DNA of 64,000 nt from the NCBI RefSeq assembly GCF_009834535.1, contig NC_045697.1:74278001-74342000 (forward strand), in the 5' to 3' direction. Of the stretch, positions 56,844 to 64,000 are shown piece by piece. Origin of the DNA: Camelus ferus. Taxonomy: Eukaryota. Made by a program: the position numbers and the translations under genes. The stretch's first letter is position 1; every line of letters begins with the position of its first letter. The notes below the pieces were generated by a model. It worked only from the letters and a program-made list of their open reading frames with translations, made no database searches and had not been told where the DNA came from.

Positions 56844-57063
56844 CCAGAGGGAGAAAATTCCCCAGAGGTTCCGAGTAAGACAGCCACACATTCTTTTGCT
56901 TTGTTGTCAGATTGGAAGTATCTTTGCCTTCAGTCCCTGAGGCCAAATTTCAAGTGTTTTCCCAAAAGAACTTCTCCAATGGAAAATAGCTCACCCCTGA
57001 ATAATTTTTATCACCTAATAAGTGATTCAGATTGGGACTGTCAGCACTGTGGTGGGCACCTGA
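56844..57063 (-). pseudogene. Candidate internal exon (220 nt, phase 0->1) of the nested antisense gene
   Basis: Acceptor gacctcttcag|TCA (in-frame alternatives at 57014 and 56936), donor TGG|gtgagt. 73 codons with one TGA at 56950-56952. Confidence 0.55.
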
Positions 57064-57523
57064 CTGAAGAGGTCATATGAGTGGCAGATCATAGCAGTAG
57101 GTTATATATTTTGGCCGTCAGCCTGAAATCCTAGATGTATATGTTCTAACTGACTTAGGTTCCCCCCACCTGCTTTTTAAGGATATTCTTAGCATGTACT
57201 TACACTGAGCCAAACCACGGAGTTATGTGGAGTTAGCTGCTTTGTCTAGCTCAATTAACACATCTGATTTAAATTAAGTGATAAACACTGAAGCAGATGG
57301 AAAGTGATTCCTGAGTGGGTAGGTTTTGTACCTGACCTGGCTAATATGTCTGACGTATTATTTGCAGGAATGTAGCATCAGGTGTTGATATTTTTCCAAA
57401 CAGCAGTTTGGTCATGTTTGGTAGGATATGCTTAGTGCAGTGTGAAATTGACATTTCAGAGCTCCAGGTTGCCATTTACGGTGACCGGTTTCTATTGATG
57501 AACTTTTTGCCTTTTTTACTTAC

Positions 57524-57677
57524 AGACTCACACAAGCTTTTAAAAATTGATTCTCAATTTTAAATCAATTTATGCCTTTATTTCAGATAAGGTCATTTGA
57601 ATTTGTCTGAATATTTCTACTCTTGAGTGTAATATCTATTGAAGAGTGTCTTATATTTCACTCTTTCCTGCATATTT
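57524..57677 (-). pseudogene. Candidate decayed exon (154 nt) of the nested antisense gene
   Basis: Acceptor ctctttttacttag|A, donor TCT|gtaagt. All three frames have stops; phase 2->0 fits the next exon. Confidence 0.45.
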
Positions 57678-57789
57678 CTAAGTAAAAAGAGATTTTAGAC
57701 TTTGAAAGGTCAGTTAGTCAATTCAGCTGTTTTCAGTCAAGAGCAGACTTAATTCATCCCAGACAAGTACAGTCTATTTCATTAAAAAA

Positions 57790-58085
57790 ATGTATGCTAG
57801 GTACAAACTTCCAGTTATAAATGTCTTGGGGATGTAATGTGCAGCATGGTGACTATAGTTAATAATACTGTATTGTACATTTGAAAGTTGCTAAGAGAAT
57901 ACATCTGAAACGTTCTCATCGTAAGAAAAAAAATCATGGTTTTTGCTTTGTAACCATGCATGGTGAAAGATGGTAACTAGACTTAGTATGGTGATTCTTT
58001 TGCAATATATACAAGTATAAAACCATTAGGTTGTACACCTGAAACTAATATAATGTTATATGTCAGTTCTACCTCAATAAAAATG
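57790..58085 (+). mobile_element. L1 3'UTR fragment (L1MA-like)
   Basis: ggtacaaacttccagttataa...cagcatggtgactatagttaataa...gtacacctgaaactaa...ctcaataaaa. Confidence 0.85.
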
Positions 58086-60719
58086 TATATATACTATACA
58101 TAGCCAATTGTCATTCCTTGTCATGAGGACAGAGAGCCATCGTTAAATCCAAGTCCACAGAGGATCAGTCTTTGTAAATAGTCTTCTGATGATGAAGGAG
58201 GCAGCCAATAAAGCATGGGTAAAACTAACGTACCTTGGTGACCACATTTTATGAAACCACAATTGGAAGATGCAGTTTATTATCTGTTGCAGCCTCATCT
58301 TCCACCATCTCCCGGCCTTCCCAGATTTGTATTCCAATTTGCTATTTTCAATCAGATCCTTGAAAGTCTCTGTATGATTTCTTACCTCTGTGCCTCTGCA
58401 ACTGCTGTTTTCTCTTCTTGGAATCCCTAGAGTTGTTATCAATTCTTCAGGCCAAGTTTTTAATAGTAGCTGTTTTGGGCTGGTGGATTTTATAGTTGAT
58501 TCTTTCATTTGTTTGTTCGTCTGGTTGGTTGATTGGTTTTTCAATTTTTCTACTATTCGTATGTATATGTAACTTTTACAATGAGAAAACAGATTTTGTT
58601 TGTTAATACACATCATCTTTATTTTCACAGGGCATAACAGAGATTGCCAGAAGAAAATCTTGCATAAAAGTCCATTTTAACTCAACCTCAGAGTGGCAAA
58701 TTGTATTGAACATGAAGCTCAGGCAGGTCTTAAAGTTCAGCACAGACGTAGCTGTTCTTTCTCTGTCCTATTTCTTATATTTTTCTTCTATTTAGTCTTT
58801 TAGGCTGAGTATATTCTATTTAAGCATTTCCCCACATACACGTTTCTGAGAATTACTTGCTTGGCAAAAATTGATTATCTGCCATTCATAATCTGAAAGA
58901 TTCTAAATTTATTTATCTTGTCTTGGTTTCCTCACCTCTAGGATAAGGAAATTTTGTTAGATTATCTTTATGGGGCTGCCAATCTCTAATATGCTACAGT
59001 GTGATTTAGGAGATCATATTATTTTATGATTTACTTTATTCCCCCAATCTTCATTTTCTACTTTCTACCAACCCACTCTAAGATTGTTGCCAGATTAGTT
59101 TTCACAGTGTATAACTCTCATCAAATCTAACAGCTGTTCTAGAACAGATAAGACTAAAATGTTAGTAGGTTTCTTCATGTGTTGGGGTTATTGTGGAGTA
59201 TCATTTATTAAAAGCCCACTAAATACTTGTTAGACAAAAGTATATTGATACATTTTTGTACCTGGTACATTCTTAGAACTAGGGATACTGAATTGATTTC
59301 AAATTTATGTATCTCACACTAGTGGGGAAATTCAAATCCTATAATTTTGTATTTAATCTTCATACATATGCTTGCCGGTCTAGTGTTAATATCCTTTATG
59401 CAGACTGTGGACCTTCCAAACATAACATTCCCAGAATTCCCAACACCTCTCCATCAGTGTCCGTTCAGAATGGCTTTTCTCCCTTTCCCACATATTTATT
59501 TTTCAATATTCAGCTTAGATGTTACCTAGAAGCTTTTTCGAACCTCTTCCTTCTCTTTTTATGGAACATTACTTTCACCGTGGACAATAATTTATTTAGG
59601 TGCATGTTTTCCTCCATTACACTGTCGCTCTTGAGGGCAGTAATAGTTATAAAGCATAGGCTTTAGAGTCAGGCCAGGCTCTTCTCATTTACCAGTCATA
59701 CCTACTTAGACACGTTCGTTGTTTCCCTAAGCCTTAGTTTCCTCATCTGCAAAAGGGGATGTTAATAATGACTTCTTTATAGGTTGATTAGTACCTTGCT
59801 GGGCATATTGATAAGTGTCTAGTAAATTCAAGGCCACACCATTGTTTTATTATATAATTAAAATTATATCATTAATCCTTCCTTCTTCCCTGTGACCTCT
59901 TGCATATAGCTCAATGTCTTTAAAGTAGTGTTTAATATATATTTCTAGAAAAATTTTAATGAATGCTGTTGAATAAAAGCTCATAGAAACTCAGAAAAGG
60001 GAATGATTACTTCTGATTGTGCACTTGAGGAACATTTGATTGCAGTTGGCATCCTGAAATTTCATATCTGATGTATGATTCTGATGGGAAGACATGAGCA
60101 AAAAAGGGTATTTGAAGCCAAGACAATAGCATGTAATTTCAGAGAGAAGTGCAATCTTAGCTTAACATTAATAATAGAACCTATTTCATTGGGTTATTTT
60201 GGAGAACAAATGCATCTAAAAGTGCCAGCATAGTAAGAATGCACTAAATATTAACTGTTGTTTTAAGAACTCATATATAGATTATATGTTAAATAATAAA
60301 AAAAAAAAACCTCACATGTGTGTGTGTGTGACACAGGCATTCTTTCACATTAGCTTAAAGGACATCTGTATGGCAACATTTTCTTATTATTTTTGTTTGC
60401 AGTACCTGTTAGAAAGTAACAAGATAGCATTTATTTTAAAATATTGTTTATTTCAGCTATATATTATTCTTCCTGTTTATTTGAATTAGTGAGACAATAC
60501 TTTGCAAATGGTTTTTAAATTATCAGCTGTTAGGGATTATCATGCCATTGTTCCCCGTTGGTTTAGCTAAATTTGAGAGAACTATTTAAGTGACAGTTAC
60601 AACAGCTGCAACTGCATGATATGTGAAAACACTCAAGGGATATATATTATGTGAAGTCCAAGGCCACTTTATTTTAATTCAAATTGCCTTGAATTATAGT
60701 ATTTTCTATATTGTAACTA

Positions 60720-60890
60720 AGATTTTTTTTGTTTTAACCTTTCATTTTGATATACTTTCCAGACTTAATGAAAGTTGCAGAATAGTACTAAGAATTCTCA
60801 AACACCCTTTACCCAATGTTAACATTGTCGCTTATTTCCTTTCTTCCTTCGTTCCTTCCTTTTCTTTCTTTCTTTTCTTTTCTCTCTTTC

Positions 60891-60977
<87 letters not shown>

Positions 60978-61500
60978 CTCTCTCTCTCTCTCTCTCCCCC
61001 CTCCCTCTCTTCCTTTCTTCCTTTTTCTTTCTTCCTCTTTCTCTCTCATTCTCTCTAAACTATTTAAGACTGTTGCAGGCATGATGCCCATTATTTATTC
61101 CTGAATACTTCAAAATGTGTTTCCTAAAAACAAGGACTTTTTGAAAAAAATAACCAAAAAATAATCATCAAAATTAGAAAGCTAACCTTGACACAGTATA
61201 GTAGGCCTTATTCATATTTTGCCATTTGCTCCAATAATGTTCTTTATGGCAACAGAAAGAAAATCCCATGTTATGGATTGCATTTAGCTACTGTGTCTAA
61301 TCTGGAACACTTCCTCAGTCTTAGTCTTTCTTAATCTCGACCTTTTTAAGAAACACAGGCAAGTTACTTTGAAGAACGCACCTCAGTTTGGATCTGTCTG
61401 ATGTGTTTAATGGTTACGTCCAGGTGATGCACTTTGAGCAGGACTATCACAGAAGTGATACTATTTTCTTCTCAGTGCATCATGTCAAGAGGACACCAGA
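60720..61500 (-). mobile_element. Old L1 (L1MC-like) 3' end hosting a microsatellite
   Basis: gaaagttgcagaatagtac...gttgcaggcatgatg...ggactatcacagaagtgat. Confidence 0.65.
60838..61050. repeat. (TTTC)n/(TC)n microsatellite
   Basis: Seen directly. Confidence 0.97.
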
Positions 61501-61863
61501 AATCTTAAAAGATAAATTTTAGTTTGAAAAGGAAACACTGATAGGGGAAGAATTGAGGCACTTCCTGTCAATGTAGTATTGATTCGTTTTTCAAAGACAT
61601 TTGAGAAAAGTTTTCTGTTATGTCAGAATTAATTTTAAATCAGTTGTGTTCTTTATATAGATAAATGCATAATACTCAGGCTTTTTTTTTTAAATACTTG
61701 GACTTTAAACCTGATCTTTCTTTTTTATTTATTTTCCCCTCTACAGAGAAAAAAGTTCTGCCTAAATACAAAACCTGCTGCACAGATGTTGTATCTAATT
61801 ACATGTCCCATATTGTTCCTTGCCAACAAATACATGTTAATAATAATGAATAATCAACCTTAC

Positions 61864-62267
61864 TTAACAAGGGCAACACAAAATATGTTTCTGCCATTTC
61901 CCATGATGGATAGACCCAGGGTTGCTTCAAAGATGGTTTCCTCACCACACTGGTGGCCCATGGCTTATTAATAGCAACCTGCTCTCAATGATCAAGTGTG
62001 AAATTGATGGCCCCGCAGGGAATTTGATCTGAGCTTTCCAGGCTAGGGAAGAGCCGTCTTACAATATTCAGCTGCTGTGTTCATTGGCTCATTGGTTTCC
62101 CCTAAGGCCTCTCTTCATAATGCTCTGGAAATTTTTTCCTGGCTAGGTTAACATATGTGCTACTGCATCTGGCTAGCGACCAGACTGCTAGGATAAAGGT
62201 TCTAGGAAATTTTACTATGTCCTGTTCCCCAGCTGGTAGCAAGAAGTCTGAGCCAGCTAAAAGCTGA
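61864..62267 (-). pseudogene. Candidate large decayed exon of the nested antisense gene
   Basis: Acceptor catccatttgttctctgtccag (a nearby AG gives an exon start at 62256), donor TAA|gtaagg. One frame of ~131 codons with three stops. Confidence 0.4.
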
Positions 62268-62506
62268 CTGGACAGAGAACAAATGGATGAAATATTTGAG
62301 TGAATCATCATAAGGGAGCATAGTTTTCACCAAGGAAGGTTATTATAGACATCCGAGGAGACGATGTCATACTGCTGTCACCTCCTACCCTTTAAAAAAA
62401 AAAAAAACTTTTACAAATTACCTTGTTAGTGATTCATATAGTTAACACAAGTCTAGACATTCTTTTTCAATAAGAAGGATTAATTTATAATTTCTATTTG
62501 ACTTAC

Positions 62507-62636
62507 AAAATTGGTCAGTCAAATTACACATAGATTAATTTGGCAGAAAGTCTGAAAGTACAGTATATATTATATCCCTAAAATTCATCTCAAAATTTTT
62601 TTGTTTATTTCTAGAGGTAATTTCCTCCTGATTTAT
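62507..62636 (-). pseudogene. Candidate exon (130 nt, phase 0->1) of the nested antisense gene
   Basis: Acceptor cttgacttttcag|ATA, donor TTT|gtaagt. INQEEITSRNKQKNFEMNFRDIIYTVLSDFLPN*SMCNLTDQF. Confidence 0.5.
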
Positions 62637-62952
62637 CTGAAAAGTCAAGCTATTCTTATATTTTTGTTGTACCAGTAGAAAACTTCCAGGGAGGCAGGCA
62701 ACAGATACGCAAGTGTAAAGTTAGTTTTCAAGAAGGCCTGAATTTAAAGCCATTTCCTAGCTGTATAATCTCAGACAAATTACCTAATCTCTGCAAGCCT
62801 TAGAGCTCAGAACATCGTAATATTTACCTCACATCATTAAGTAAAACAGTGTGTAAAATATGTTGCCCAGTGCCCAGCTTCACTTTCTCCTCCACCCAAT
62901 ACTTTGATATTTTTGTTCTGACACAGAAAATGGAAGAGAATGTTAATATTAC

Positions 62953-63064
62953 CTGGTATTTTATTTTATGATAAGATTTCATTTTTCTTTGAACTTAAGT
63001 TTAATTTTCCTTTCTTTTGAGACAAAAATAGTTTTGTGGATCATTATCATTCTTAGGGAGTATT
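62953..63064 (-). pseudogene. Candidate exon (112 nt, phase 2->0) of the nested antisense gene
   Basis: Long pyrimidine acceptor tttgctctacttctatcctgttgcag|A, donor CAG|gtaata. (R)ILPKNDNDPQNYFCLKRKEN*T*VQRKMKSYHKIKYQ. Confidence 0.5.
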
Positions 63065-63924
63065 CTGCAACAGGATAGAAGTAGAGCAAACAGGGAAAGG
63101 TGGAAATATTTCTGTTTACTTAGAGAATGAAGAACTAAAACACAAATATGCTTTTGATAAGATTGTTAAAGATGAAATCTAAATTTTCAAGTTTTGTTTT
63201 GTTTTGTTTTTTGGTCATTTATGACCCTGTTGCTTAGTTTCTTTATTTAATTTTTCTTTGACAAGGAAATCACAGGTTTGGGGAAAGCAGCTGTACATCA
63301 AAATGCGCCTTTCCCACAGCTGTCAGAGACTGACCTGGTGTTGTTCTGGAAGGTGTGTAGTATCTCAGTGTGGGGCAGTTCACATTCTGAAGCCCAGAGA
63401 CTCTTCCCAGCAGGAGCTGTTTTTCAGTGAGATGCTTTGAAAGATGTTTTGCTTCATTTAAATGCCCTGTCAGAATAAATGTGCCCCTTCCTGTGCACGC
63501 CTTGTACAAGGTCAGCAACCTCTGAAGCTCTGATTGCCCCTGGCAATGCTGAGCCCTGGTTATCGTTGGCCTGCACAGACAGGGTAGTTGAGAGAATAAA
63601 AAAGGGAGAGAATATGAGGAACAGGGAAAGAGAAAGAGAAATAAAAAGGAGACAGACACATCTTTCCTGGCTTCATAATACATAGGAATTCTGACTGCTT
63701 CAGGATTTTTAATAATCACCTCTGATCTCTTGTGTTAATAAATGTACAGAGACTTTATTTCAGGTTTTTCATTTTGAGTTATATAAAAAGAATTGCTGTG
63801 TTTTTGTGTGTATACTGTGTATAAAAAAAATAACTACCAATCTGGCCCAAACTCAAGTAATTTTTCTCTTTAATGTCAAAGACATTGCGTTGCTAATAGC
63901 AACTGTGCCAGCACGTAGGTTCAC

Positions 63925-64000
63925 CTTATTTGTACAGAGTGCTTCTTGCATTCTTCCTTTTGTTTGAAACGGTCGATTTGTTCGAATTTTGACCTTTCTT
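63925..64000 (-). pseudogene. 3' part of a candidate exon of the nested antisense gene (cut by the window end)
   Basis: Donor AAG|gtgaac; open frame ERSKFEQIDRFKQKEECKKHSVQI(R) ends in phase 2, matching the next exon. Three CpGs in 76 nt. Confidence 0.4.

Noticed and set aside
56703..57080. 125-aa plus-strand ORF
   Set aside because: GTG start, no GSTCD similarity, and it overlaps the better-supported minus-strand exon.
58234..58892. Two small minus-strand exon candidates (58892-58840, phase 1->0; 58283-58234, phase 0->2) that would close the phase gap of the nested gene
   Set aside because: Both frames are open and the phases fit, but they are only ~50 nt and the 58283 acceptor has no pyrimidine tract (L2-like DNA). 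Too easy to find by chance, so not listed as features.
60623..61091. ORFs of 80-153 aa on both strands
   Set aside because: They are translations of the (TTTC)n microsatellite.
55088..64000. Idea that the nested gene is a class I cytokine receptor remnant
   Set aside because: No transmembrane segment, WSXWS, FN3 pattern or clear Box1 in the reconstructed peptides.

Overview
Mammalian genomic DNA, probably camelid (judged from SINE and L1 3' ends). It holds the head-to-head INTS12 (minus strand, 5' part) / GSTCD (plus strand, exons 1-5) pair around a CpG-island bidirectional promoter at ~16.0-17.0 kb. From 36,374 to the window end is GSTCD intron 5, rich in L1, L2, MIR, MLT and DNA-transposon remnants. 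The main unexpected signal is in that intron, at ~55.1-64.0 kb on the minus strand: a chain of exon-like segments with canonical splice sites and mostly compatible phases. The last three join into 190 codons with one internal stop. This looks like the 3' part of an unidentified nested antisense protein-coding gene that is decaying (upstream exons carry stops) and runs past the window end. Repeat family names and boundaries are by eye and approximate.
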